Shown here: one piece after another, positions 41,346 to 53,967 of the stretch
How the letters are laid out: each line of letters starts with the position of its first letter
Numbering within the stretch: position 1 is the stretch's first letter
Origin: Octopus vulgaris
Taxonomy: Eukaryota
Length of the DNA stretch: 64,000 nucleotides
Reading direction: 5' to 3'
Assembly (NCBI GenBank): GCA_951406725.2
Contig: OX597816.1
Span: 177,134,001 to 177,198,000, forward strand
The notes under the pieces: model-generated
What the model was told of the DNA's origin: nothing
The model's input: only the letters and a program-made list of their open reading frames with translations
Database searches by the model: none
Translations under genes and position numbers: made by a program

Positions 41346-42774
41346 GGGGTTAATGCAGTTTCAAACCTCTCCTTGAAAAATGCATTGAAAACAATTTTTT
41401 TTCCGGATTGCTACGTTTTAGATGTCAGAGATTACAAATATGCAAAAAAAAATATTTTAATTTCACCCCACTCCCCCGTTTAAATTTTTGATTTTGTTTA
41501 CTTTTAAGAGATTGTAGTGAATTGACAAATATATGAAAAACGAAATTGGATCTTTTCCTTTTGAACGGCACATGTCAACACAATTTCTAGTTAACTAAAC
41601 ACTTTTAAACTTCGTATACTGGTAGAATGTGTTTATAAAACATCATTTTTTCTTGGCTTTATTGAGAAAATTCTATATGTTGTAACATATTTCCACTTTA
41701 ATTTCAAGCATTTCGGCAATTTTAACCAATCGCTGACCTCCATTTGGGATGAAAACCTTCCGTGCTGTATGAATATGTCCCTCATTTAAGAAACAGATTG
41801 GGTTTATTTACATTTGCGAAGAAAAAAAGATACCCTTCCTCCACCCCTAAATCTAAAATAGATTGAAATGCAATAGATCGATACTAGGGTTATAATTATG
41901 GGTGACAATTTCATATGACACCGCTATGGAAAATGGGATTTTTTTCTAGCTGTGTCAAATGAAAATGTCACCCATAATTATAACCCTAGTATCAATCTAT
42001 TGCATTTCAATCTATTTTAGAGTTAGGGTATCTTTTTTTCTTCGCAAATGTAAATAAACCCAATCTGTTTCTTAAACGAGGGACATATTCACACAGCACG
42101 GAATGTTTTCACACCAAATGGAGGTCAGCGATTGGTTAAAATTGCAGAAATGCTCGAAATTTCAGACGAGCTATCTTACAAACTATAGAAATTTCTCAAT
42201 AAAGCCAAGAAAAAAATGATGTTTTATAAACACATTCTACCAGTATACGAAGTTTAAAAGTGTTTAGTTAACTAGAAATTGTGTTGACATGTGCCGTTCA
42301 AAAGGAAAAGATCCACGAAATTAAATACAGATAAAAACATTAAAGTGAAAAGAATTTGCCTTTTACTTGTATAAATAAGAACTCAATGTAACAATATGCA
42401 CCATTTTATGAGAAACAAACATTAATGTTTAATAAGGGGCTCAAATTTCACCCTCTCCCCCAATTTTAAATTTATTTATCCCTGTCCGTCTATTCATAAA
42501 ATACATTTGTCAACTAAATGTGGCGGTCCTGTAGAAGACGGTGTTACTGTTGAATCTAAAATTTTGTGAACCTGGTTTCTTGCATATTCGGAATCTCCGT
42601 CATCGAAAACGTAGGGAAACAAATTTTTCGACAAAAGTTACAAATTTTAAGGGTTGCGGTTAAAAAATTTTTTTCGCATAATCCGTAATCTCCAACATCT
42701 AAAACGTAGGAATCCGAGAAATTTTTTTTTTTTAAATTAATTTTCAAATAGAGGTGCGAAACTGCATTAACCCC
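41346..42774. mobile_element. non-autonomous DNA transposon with TIR GGGGTTAATGCAGTTTC
   Basis: Imperfect inverted ends of about 110 bp; TSD gatatttt / gatatttc (7 of 8). Confidence 0.8.
41548..42314. mobile_element. fold-back MITE (Merlin-like) nested in 41346-42774
   Basis: Almost entirely palindromic; TIR GGATCTTTTCCTTTTGAACGGCAC; perfect 8-bp TSD acgaaatt. Confidence 0.92.
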
Positions 42775-43403
42775 GATATTTCTATTAATCATTTAAAAAA
42801 AAAAAAAAAGAGAGAAAATTGTTTTGATATTTGTAAAAGAGTAAATGAGAAGTTGAAAGTAAATTGGCAAAGAAGCAGCGAAATGGTGAGTATCACTTAA
42901 CATCAACATCATAAAGTATCTAATAGCAAATGAACTACGGCACCGCTGCAGATATATTTGCAAGAGACTGTCTGAAGCGCTAAATATGAGTTTAATTTGA
43001 AATGGATATTCTATCGTCCTTGAAAGAATAACAAAAAAGCCGAGAGCACTAAGCTATGTAGTTATCTGTAGAAAGTAAGATTCCTTGTCAGCTATTTTCG
43101 AAACAGCCAAGTCCGATAGATATTTGGAGGTGGAGGGCGATTGGCTTGTCTTTGAAAGAAAATCTTATAATTCACTTGTAAGCTGCTAACGAACTATTTC
43201 ATTTGGTAAATATTCTCAATAACTATATATATATATATTTCAGTAAGAATCCAAACTATCAAAAGACATTGGTTCTTAAAGACAAATAATGGATGTTCTT
43301 TTGCATCTTTTTTACTGTGAGATATTAAAGAAATAAGAGGGGAAAAAAGTATGGCGAAATAATTAGGAATATTTGATAGTCTGTGGCCTTGTTGGATTCT
43401 TAC

Positions 43404-43501
43404 AACGTCTGAACAGTATCGTCTCGTATTTCCTTTTTCCAATTCTTTGCCCGTCTGTCTTTCCCCAGCAGATTCTTCCTTCTTCTTCTTTCTGAAACCA
43501 T
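43404..43501 (-). CDS. probable first coding exon of unidentified gene (MVSERRRRKNLLGKDRRAKNWKKEIRDDTVQT)
   Basis: ATG at 43501 in gggATGG context with an upstream in-frame context closed by stops; donor TT|gtaaga (phase 2) fits exon 18180-18272; lies in a non-repetitive CpG-richer stretch. Confidence 0.55.
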
Positions 43502-44130
43502 CCCAACCCTAAACCCTTTTCTCGTCGTCGCAAACTGAACGCCCCCCTAACACACTTTCTTCTTCTTCTTTATCTGCAGTCTCACCATCAGCCAGCCACC
43601 CATGAAAAGTTGTGTTCACTGACCTTTAGCGACGCCGACGATGCCGGGCACGTTGCTTTAGTGTCGTGTAAGCCTATCCTTCACCCAAATAGTGGGTCTG
43701 TGAAGACAAGTAGTGCCGGGAGATTCATTCCTAATTCGAAGAATCTATCCTCGCCCCTCTCTACAGACCCTTTAGAAAAAACAAAAGTAAAAGGAAAAAA
43801 GTCTAGCCCCTCACTCTTTTTCATGCGAAGCACCGGTGAACTTTTTAACCATGTGTATATATTAATATACTATGTGACATGATGCGCTCGCTTTTACCGC
43901 CATTCACCACTCACAATATATACAAATATTTTGCTTATCCTATTTTATCTGTTTCTGCTAACACTGTGGTTGCTGGTTAAACGATAACAAAATGAAATCG
44001 GAGGCTGGAGGTAATGGTGTAAAGGAAGGAGGGCTCGAAGATGGTGAGAACCGTAAATGGAGGGAGGAGAAGGGAGTTAGCATTGCGGACAGACAGCGAC
44101 TTTGAGCTACTTAGACTCACTGACAGATGT
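43502..44130 (-). promoter_or_regulatory. putative 5' UTR/promoter region of the minus-strand gene
   Basis: Repeat-free, more GC/CpG-rich than flanks, directly upstream of the candidate ATG. Confidence 0.35.
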
Positions 44131-46755
44131 AGAAATCCACGTGTTTTATTATTTTTAGTTATTTTTATTTTACTTTTGTAGCACTAAAGATATCTCGACC
44201 TTATAACGAGATAGGAAGGGGACATTTCAAGCATTCAATACATTCATAACGCTTACACATCCATAACCTAGATGAATAAATAAGATTTAGATTAGCTTAT
44301 AGACAGAAATAGATATCTAGAGAACGGCGACTGTTTTTTCATAAGAAACTTGCAATATTTAACGCCTGTATCAATATTGAGAAATATGAAACGAATTAAG
44401 ATCAAACTTAAAATGTAGGATATTAACATGCCTCATTTCTTGTTTCGGATGAGATAACCAAGAATTTATGGCTCCCTAAAAATATTTATCACTGAAATAG
44501 TATTGAAACAATATTTTTTCCCCCTTTATTTAAAAACAATAAATAAATAAAACTGAGTGCAACAAGAGTGTTTTCGGGCGTGCCATTTCGGAATAACTCA
44601 AAAGATATTTACTACAACTACTACTTGCAAAACGTGGCAAAAATATTAAAACAATATTTACTTTAACCATATCACATAAATGGAATTGTATCATATATGC
44701 ACTGCACTCGAAATGTTGAGTTCATTCTAAGATAGGTTTTGGAAGTGGGTATAAGGTGGTGGTGGGACACTCTAGAGAAGTTTATGCAATCTAATCAAAA
44801 GTTAGATTATCTAATGACAAAGACCGAAGATAAATTACTTAGTAGTTAATTAACTAAAAGCTATAACGTTACATTCATCAATGATTGCGTAATATTGGTC
44901 TGAAAGAAGTGCACGCAGCACCATGGAAAATCAGTTGGATATTAAATAAAATACCAACTGTAATTTTACGCCTGCCTTATTTTTTAATTTCACTTTTATC
45001 TATGCATCAAACACACATGTGATAGACAGTCTGGCGAAAACTCGTATGGAGAGGGAACAATCGCAGCGTGTCGGTTTCGATTCTCTCGAGTAGCCATTCC
45101 ATTTCACTGCGTTTCTTAAAAACAACATAAACAGTCCATATTTCTAATTTTTAATAAATTCATGCCAGAAGTTTTATTTTCATATATAACATACAAACAC
45201 CTTTAGAACATCGTCATTTTATAAAATTTTGGTGGCAAATTCTTAAATTAACGAACATTTATTTACATGAAAGGAAATTACCGGAGAAATTTCTTCTAAT
45301 TCTTCCAAATATTTCTGTTAAAACTGTATTAAAACCATTTGTAGGGAATTAAAAAAAAAATAAATGTGAAGTCTAGTTTCTCTCTTTCTCTCTCTCAATT
45401 ACATACATTTACAAACAAGGACACACATATAAAATTCTCTGACTAACGCCTCATTTCTATATGAAATTATTACATTATATCCACCTTTCTCTGTAGCATT
45501 TGGACATAGAAATCACTGACTATTCCGACGGGCACTCACAGCAACAGAGCTGATTCAGGCGGAATTAATTCTAGAATGTATCTATCCACCTTGCACATTT
45601 ATCACATTTCATAACTTAAGTGATTGTATGACAAGAACAGTTCTGCAAGATTTCATAAAAAAAAAAATTTATTTAGATGGTGCATGGTCTATAACAAATC
45701 GATTCACCTCTCTGTTATTTGATTCCTTGTTAAATCATCACACGCATCACTCCACACCTCCAGTGACTGTGTTGGTTGTGTGGCAACACTCACCAATTTG
45801 CTTCTCTCTGCTAGTCAGTCATCTTTCCTACCTACCCCCGCTTGCGAAATTTCTTTCCCCACTAGAGTTCTGGACCCCAGTTATGAACTCATTTGCATAC
45901 AGCCAATCACAGCTCAATTATCAAACTAATTTATGAGCACATAACAAGCGATGGGTAACAAGATAAAGTCGCTTAGGTAAGGAATTACCACGTTTCTTTT
46001 CTCTTTTGATAATGCTTGTTGTTCTTGTTCTTGTTTGAACCATGGCTGCCTCTGCATAGTTATTTGTGTTGTTGTTTACTTTGTAAAACAGTAAGGGTTG
46101 CTAGAACATCACCCTCTACCCACATTCTTCCCATCCACATCTTTACCATATGGGACCCTAACAAAATCCGATAACATGTATAAATGCAAATCTATCTAAT
46201 TACTTGTCTCCTTTCTAGAATCAGGCATAACTTGGTGATTGGTCGACTTACAACACTGTTCTTCGACTTGAGTTTACTTTGTAGAGTGTGTTTGTTAACT
46301 TGATATGGCCAAGGTGAGCTGTATGCAAATGAGTTCATTACTGGGGTCCGGAACTCTTGTGGGAAAAGAAAATTTCATACCCTGCTCCTTGTTTCCAGTT
46401 CAATGAAAATAATATATACAGTAGGGTACCCGTTTCTAAACAGTTCTCTAAAACAAATGAAATGGATAATGAACGATTCTTCTAAAGAAAATTAAACATG
46501 TATAACATTGTGAATGAAGAAATCACAAGAAAACTACTCATACGAATAACTGTTGGCAGAGAGCATACGAGTGGCATGCTAAATGAACAAGTAAAATGTA
46601 TAGGGAATAGTTTTTGTTTAGAAAATTACATACAGACAACAAGCTGACACTTGAATTAGAAACACAGGTAGACTACACTCACGTATAAGTGGCTAGGAAA
46701 CCATATACAAATGGTTCATATAGCTTGCAGGCTTTCATATTTTATATAGGAAATA

Positions 46756-47147
46756 CTCTTTTACTTGTTTCAGTCATTTGACTGCGGCCATGCTGGAGCA
46801 CCACCTTTAATCAAGCAACTCGACCCCGGGACTTATTCTTTTGTAAGCCCAGTACTTATTCTATCGGTCTCTTTTTGCCGAACCGCTAAGTAACGAGGAC
46901 ATAAACACACCAGCATTGGTTGTCAAGCAATGCTAGGGGGACAAACACAGACACACACACGCATATATATATATACATATATACGACGGGCTTCTTTCAG
47001 TTTCCGTCTACCAAATCCACTCACAAGGCTTTGGTCGGCCCGAGGCTATAGTAGAAGACACTTGCCCAAGGTGCCACGCAGTGGGACTGAACCTGTGGGA
47101 CTGAACCAGTGGGACTGAACCTGTGGGACTGAACCAGTGGGACTGAA
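46756..47147 (-). mobile_element. SINE family A, 5'-truncated, with five tandem 14-bp B-box units
   Basis: gtgggactgaacc(t/a) x5 at 47081-47147. Confidence 0.88.
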
Positions 47148-47291
47148 ATATTAATATTCTTCATATTTTTTGTCCCAAAACAAAAACATGGATCGGTAGA
47201 TGCAAGACATATAAGTATATACCTATGTATGTAACCATGTGTGTATCGTTGTCAATTTTCTTCGTCTCTCTTCCCATATTTTGGACTTTAC

Positions 47292-47330
47292 TTTATTTCT
47301 GAAGAAGAGCTTCACTCGAAACATTAAAAC
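47292..47330 (+). ncRNA. decayed minimal hammerhead motif (Penelope-like)
   Basis: CTGAAGA-A-GAG(CTTCA)CTC-GAAAC; stems I and III degenerate. Confidence 0.5.
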
Positions 47331-47367
47331 CTCTTTCTTTCCTTCCCTGTATATATACATATATATA

Positions 47368-47419
47368 GCAAAAACTGTTCGATGAACGGCAACGGGAAAC
47401 TCAGAGTAACAGGTTTTGT
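47368..47419 (+). ncRNA. minimal type I hammerhead motif, partly decayed
   Basis: Stem I GCAAAAACTGT / ACAGGTTTTGT (10 of 11 pairs); core TCGATGA; GAAA; stem III ACTC-A-GAGT; GUA site at 47408; stem II mismatched. Confidence 0.6.
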
Positions 47420-47517
47420 TGAATTTTCTGCTGCTTTAAATAAAGCATATTACTCTACCACTGGTATTTGAGTACTCCTTTTTCCACCTTGTTTCACATT
47501 TATGTGTTTACTCCGGT

Positions 47518-47637
47518 ATATATATACATATATATATATACACACATATATATATACACATACATATATATACACATATATATATATATACACATACATA
47601 TATATACACATATATATATATACACATATATACATCC

Positions 47638-47676
<39 letters not shown>

Positions 47677-47939
47677 TATATATATACACATATATATATA
47701 TATATACACACATATATACATCCATATATATATATATATACACACACATATATATATATACACATATATATATATATACACATATATACATCCATATATA
47801 TATATACACACACACACATATATATATATACACACATATATATATATATATACACACATATATACATCCATATATATATATATATATACACACACACATA
47901 TATATATACACATATATATATATACACATATATATATCC

Positions 47940-47988
<49 letters not shown>

Positions 47989-48040
47989 CACATATATATA
48001 TATATACACATATGCACATATATATATACACATATATATA
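47518..48040. repeat. (TA)/(CA) compound microsatellite with higher-order periodicity
   Basis: Direct reading; recurring 'tacatcca' unit. Confidence 0.95.
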
Positions 48041-49005
48041 ACCACACAAAAACAAAAACAGGATCCCTAGAGAAAGGAAGATTCTTATGAGACGATGGAC
48101 AAGGATTGCTTCCGCCTGAGCAAGCACACCAAAAGTGGTGAGAAGTCTCGGCTCGAGAGAATGCTAATGGAAATTAAGAAAAGTCTGCATCAGTCTCATG
48201 AAAAGGAGAGAGCAGATAAAGAAGCTTGGGTAATAGAAAATATAAAGTCAAACCCTAAATCTTTCTTTAAGTTTGCCAAAGAGACAGCCACAGTGCACCA
48301 GAGAATAGGACCTCTCTTCCACAAAGATCGCTCCCTCACAGGAAATCCAACGAGGATAAGTGAAATACTGAACGAACAATTCCAAAGTGTGTTCACTACA
48401 CCTCTAGTACACAGGCAAGTAAACAACCCAGAAGAATTCTTTGCCACATTACCTGTGGCCAAAGAGGCAAAAATTTAGTACATCAACATTGAAGATGATG
48501 ATATCACACTAGCCATAGATGAGATTGACACAAACTCAGCTGCTGGACCTGATGGATTTCCAGTGATCCTTCTCAAATCGTGCAAACAAGCCCTTGCAAA
48601 ACTGCTACAGCTTCTTTTTCAGAGCTTTCTTGCAAGTGGTAAGCTCCCAGTCAAATTGAAAGAAGGGGTAATATACCCTATCCATAAGGGAGGAAGCAGA
48701 GCAGATGTTAAAAATTATAGGCCTATCTCTCTGACCTCGCACATCAGCAAAGTCATGGAACGAATAGTCCGCAAGAAACTAATCATGTTCCTTGAAGAAA
48801 ATGACTTGCTGGCTGACACTCAGCATGGATTTTGACCAGGTAGAAGCTGCCTAACACAGCTCCTGCAACACTATGACTGGGTGTTGAAACAGCTACTAAA
48901 TGGCTCAAATGTGGATGTAATATATCTCGACTTTGCAAAAGCCTTTGATAAAGTCGACCACGGTATGATCTGTCACTAACCGCGTGGTCTCGGCATAGGC
49001 GGAAA
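48041..49005 (+). mobile_element. CR1-group LINE fragment, RT N-terminal region
   Basis: NPKSFFKFAK, AGPDG, PIHKGG..KNYRPISLTSHISKVMERIV, QHGF, YLDFAKAFDKVDH; stops present. Confidence 0.93.
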
Positions 49006-49599
49006 AGTTACATCAAAATATCTGTGACCTCAAGGGGGGCTGTAAGGCACCTATTCATCTTCAATTAACATAATGTTACCAAATTTCCTGTCAGTAAGAG
49101 AGTAACGCTTCAGTTATAAGAATAAAGAATATATTTCTAAAATCAAAGTTCGCTTTCTAAGGTGGCAATCTGGCAGAAACGTTAGCACACTGGGTGAAAT
49201 GCTTAACTGTATTTCGTCTGTCTTTATGTTTTTTTGAGTTCAAGTTTCGCCGAGGTTGACTTTGACTAACAGATTATTTCATTTATATTTTTTTAACTAA
49301 ACTCTTTCAAACTTCTGATACAGGTAGAATGTGTCACATACAACAGGGTTTACTCTTAATGTTCTGGACAAAATTTTGCATTTTAGAAGTTATTTCTTCA
49401 GAAGTTACGGAGTGACAATGGACAAATTCGTGTTTGATAAGTGCCAATACACGAAAATCTCAGCTTTTGACTTACTCTCTAACTTCTGCTGATCTCATCA
49501 CGCAATCGAACCAATGAAAGAGCCTCTACCTGGTCGCTTGACACACTAAAAATAACAGCCAAAGTATCCCCCAACCTAAATCACATGCCCAAATATTCT

Positions 49600-50296
49600 T
49601 TATCATAATCGAAACACTGTCGCAAATTTAAAAAGGATTATTGGCAGAAGATTTAATGATGGAAGTCAACTATGTGCTCATGAATTTCGGAAAGAAATTT
49701 ATCTTCATTTTGAAATGGAATTTCAACGAAAGTTTAGATGCATTAGACTGCATCAACATACTTGCAACATCTTTTTAAATGAAATTTGCAACTGCAATAC
49801 AATTCCTGGTTGTGGTAGACAATCACAACTACCTATTGATTTAAAAGAAGAATTGTTTTTGCAACCAATGAATGGTCCTCAACAATTTGAAATTTTGATT
49901 ACTAAAACCACAACACTTACAAAAAATTGTGAAACATGTTCACTCAATATTGAACATGAAATTACTTCCAGAATTGAATTTCTTCCTGAATTCAAATATC
50001 TTGTTATCCAAGTTAATAGATTTTTAATTAATCAAAATATTAATATGGATGAAAGTATCAAACATGATATAATGAACTTCAGTTCAAAAAGACAGCAAAT
50101 ATTTGGCACAAATTTTACTCTAAAAGCTGCTGTTATTCATAGATGACCAACATCTAGGGTAGGCCATTATACCACACTGATTAAAACTGGATATGATATT
50201 TGGGATGAAATCAGTGACAACATCATTACAAAAAGACATATTAAATTTCATCTCAAATTGCTTGACATTGTTTTATTATTTATGGAAAAAATGTAA
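49600..50296 (+). pseudogene. intronless, N-terminally truncated ubiquitin-specific protease (peptidase C19)-like sequence
   Basis: One frame: FNDGSQLCAHEF (QQDAHEF-like box), CETC, YLVIQVNRF, LKAAVIHR*PTSRVGHYTTLIK (His box, TGA at the Gly position), WDEISD, IVLLFMEK; catalytic Cys box absent. Confidence 0.8.
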
Positions 50297-50773
50297 AAAA
50301 ATTAAAAAGCAAAATTCAGTGGATTTGTAACTAAAAATTAAATTTAACACAAAGATTGTATGATTGATTAATGATTATTCAGGAACAAAATTCATACCAA
50401 ATATTTACATAAAGTAGAAGGTACAATAATAGTCATTTTTTACTACAGAATTAGGTTACTTTAGGTGAGCCTGGTAACTGATGGTTATGGGGTCTTGTTT
50501 GTATCTTTTGGTGAGTCATGGTGCAACCAACAACATGGTAAAAATCCCTGCCATTAACTTGGTGTGGATGAATAATATCAAATAATTCAATCACAAAATA
50601 TATTTAAATTAAACATGAAAAAAATTGAAATATTATCATCACTTACATGGAAAAATTGAAATATTATCTTTCAGTATTTTATAAGGTTAAATCTTAAATT
50701 ATTAATTGAAACATTATTAATTATCTTATAAAAGCAATGCCTGGAAAAATCATGGATTACATGGAATAATGCA

Positions 50774-51254
50774 AGCATGAAAAGTCATATTCTTAAGATT
50801 ATAAACCAGGAAAAGTACAGGACAAGTTCTTACACCTATAAAAGTATAGGACAAACTATTACTTCAAGTAAAGAATAAGAAACTTTTTACTTAAAATATT
50901 GCAGCTAAAATTTAAGTAGAATTTGGCTAATTTACTACTTTAAATACAGAAAAAAGTGACTAATTAGGCAAACTTACAAATTAGTTGAACAGTTTTGCAC
51001 GATAAATTTAAAAGATGAGAACTGTAAAGAGTGATAAATTAGAAAAACTGGCATTCTTTGATGCAATATTTTAAGTAAAAAGTTTCTTATTCTTTACTTT
51101 ATTTGAAGTAATAGTTTGTCCTATACCTTTCCAGGTGTAATAACTTGTCCTGTACTTTTCCAGGTGTAATAACTTGTCCTGTACTTTTCCAGGTGTAATA
51201 ACTTGTCCTGTACTTTTCCAGGTTTATCATCTTAAGAATATTACTTTTCATGCT
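50774..51254. mobile_element. fold-back element with 29-bp subterminal tandem repeats
   Basis: agcatgaaaagtcatattcttaaga / tcttaagaatattacttttcatgct arms; ttgtcctgtacttttccaggtgtaataac repeated in the right arm. Confidence 0.8.
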
Positions 51255-51311
51255 CACAGTTACGAAGGATCGAATGTATACGAAACAAGGACAGAAAAAC
51301 GGACGATGTTA

Positions 51312-51400
51312 CACGAATATAAATACAAAAAACAAAAAGTAATACGAATATAAATACAAAAAACAAAAAGTAATACGAATATAAATACAAAAAACAATAA
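51312..51400. repeat. about 31-bp tandem repeat x3 (acgaatataaatacaaaaaacaaaaagtaat)
   Basis: Direct reading. Confidence 0.9.
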
Positions 51401-52352
51401 TGATAATAATAATAATAATAATGATAACAGGACAAAAACAACAGGCGTCTTTCGACTTTAGACAGTTCAACTTAGCTGGCGTGAACGTATATCGCTGTTA
51501 AGTTTCCTATCACGTATCTACATTAAGTATGATATATAAATGGTTATTTTATTCTAATACTGTGTCTGCTGCATATAAACATAAAATAGATTTTGAACAC
51601 ATACACACGTACACATACACACGGACGCAACCCCACCCACCACTGCGCACACACACGGACACAAGCACACATGCTGCGGTTTAGTGACCTGTCAGAAAGC
51701 TAAGCGGTAGAATTTTCATCAAATGTATTTATTGTTGACATATGAGAAACGTGGAGGACGGAGTATTCGGCACTATTCCAATGACCCAATAAACGTTATG
51801 GGATATTTTAATTCGTCATAAAATACATATGCTCATAAACTTCCAAGTTAATTTTGCTTACGAAGACAAGTTAGTTTTGCGGAAACATTTTGTTTTTCTC
51901 TCTCTCTCTTTCTCTCCAGACCATTGACTACGGTTAAATTCACAGGAACATGTCGGTGAGTGAATTGAAATTACATTAGAATATATGTCATATTAAAAGT
52001 ATATATGAACATCAACCACACACATACATTATGTGTAAAAAGCATTTGCTTGAATAAAATAATCTTTCCCATTTTTTAATTAATTTTTTTTCTCGTTAAG
52101 GCAGGGATTATATAGCGAAACGAATCGACGTAATTATTGGTAATGTATACTGTAGGAGTAACATGCAGGGCAGACCCTTTGCGAGACGAGAAGAAAATCC
52201 AATGCTGAGAACGTGAGGTAGTGACGCGAGTAGACAGAAGCATTTAATCGCTGGTTCTACGTTAGACACAACATTAAAATAGTTCATCAGAAAATCAAAA
52301 CTGTGTTGTCAGATCCCAAACTGAGGAGTTTATTATGACGCATCCCAACTTA

Positions 52353-52735
52353 TACATACAAGCATGCATGCATGCATGCATACATACATACATACATACA
52401 TACATACAAGCATACATCCATCCATACATACATACATACATACAAGCATACATCCATCCATACATACATACATACATACATACATACATACATACATACG
52501 TAGTACATACATACGTACGTACATACATACATACATGCAAACATACATACATACATACATACGTACATACATACATACATACATGCAAACATACATATAT
52601 ACGTACATACATACATACGTACGTACGTACATACATACATACATACATACAAGCATACATACATACATACATACATACATACATACATACATACATACAT
52701 ACATACGTACATACATACATACGTACGTACGTACG
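52353..52735. repeat. (CATA)n tetranucleotide microsatellite
   Basis: Direct reading. Confidence 0.97.
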
Positions 52736-53967
52736 AAATGACCCCAGTATTTATGATTGGTACTTATTCTGTCAGTTTGTTTTGCCGAATCGCTAAGTTA
52801 CGAAGATGTAAACCGGTTGACAGAGATGGAGGACAAACACATTTACAAGTGCGCTTGATTCTTTCAGTTTCCATCTACAAAATCCACTTGGAAGGTTTTG
52901 GTCGACCCGGAACTATAGTAGAAGACACTTGCCCATCGTTCCACGCGGTGAGACTGAACTCGGAACCATGTGGTTGGGAAGCAAGCTTCTTACCACACAG
53001 CCAGGCTTCACACATTTCTTGTAAATGTCATATACACTCATACAAAACTCGTGTGTTGCTCTTAACCTAACGTAAAAGTAGGTTGAACTTATTATTTTAT
53101 TGGTTTCAATTTTGGTACAAGACCAGCACCTATTTTATCGACTCCGAAAGAGATGACAGGTAAAGTCGACCTCGGCAGAATTTGGACTCAGAGCATAAAG
53201 ACGAACAACGATTCTGCCAGCTCGACGCCTTATTTTATTAACTGACACAGTTCAAATTGTACAAGTTATTAAGGTAATTGTTCTATACCGGTGTCCATTT
53301 TTTTTTTTTTTTTTTTTGGTGGGGCAACATAGAAAATGGACTCACAGTTATATTAAGGGTCCATGGAAAATTTTTTCTTTACATGTATTTATTGTAAGAA
53401 ACAACTAGATTTCTTTCTCTAACGATTTACATAGTTCAGCCCACACAAGTTAATGTGTAAAAAAACAAAAGGGGAATTTTGAAAGAAGTATCTATAAAAC
53501 CTGTTTTTAAATATCGAATGGCTGTGGGGGGGGGGGGGGGGTCCACCGTAGTAAAGTCGTAATGAACAGGGTCCCATAGGTAAAGGACGGTTAAAAATCA
53601 CTGCTCTATACAGAAGTACTGTCCAACATAATCTCCGCCACAAGTGAGTGATGCATTTGCGCCATCGTTGTTCCTCATTCACAAATCTTCCAAAAAATTC
53701 AGGTTTGCATATTCGGTTTTACTTCGTCTTGTGTCATCAAATCGTCATCCCCGATGACTGTCCTTAATTGGACCGAACAAGTGGGAGTTGGAGCGTGCCT
53801 AGATCAGGTTTGGAACCCTGACTAGCCCAATTTACCGTTTGCCTGATTTGTTGTCAAGATGTGTGTGGTCACGGGATTGTCAGTGATTCTTGTTCTCTTC
53901 CTCTTAATCTTCCATAGCTTCTCTTAGCTTTTTGAGTCTGTCTGTCTGTCTCTCTTTCTCTCTGGCA

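Noticed and set aside
50144-50146. In-frame TGA in the USP relic as selenocysteine or an editing-rescued codon
   Set aside because: Position is normally Gly, so GGA>TGA decay is simplest; A-to-I would give Trp; Cys box is missing anyway
51110-51400. 29-31 bp repeats as a CRISPR-like array
   Set aside because: Head-to-tail tandem repeats without unique spacers; eukaryotic DNA, no cas genes
51440-51485. Possible minus-strand hammerhead (ACT..AGT-CGAAA) in a Penelope-like context
   Set aside because: Core box not recognisable
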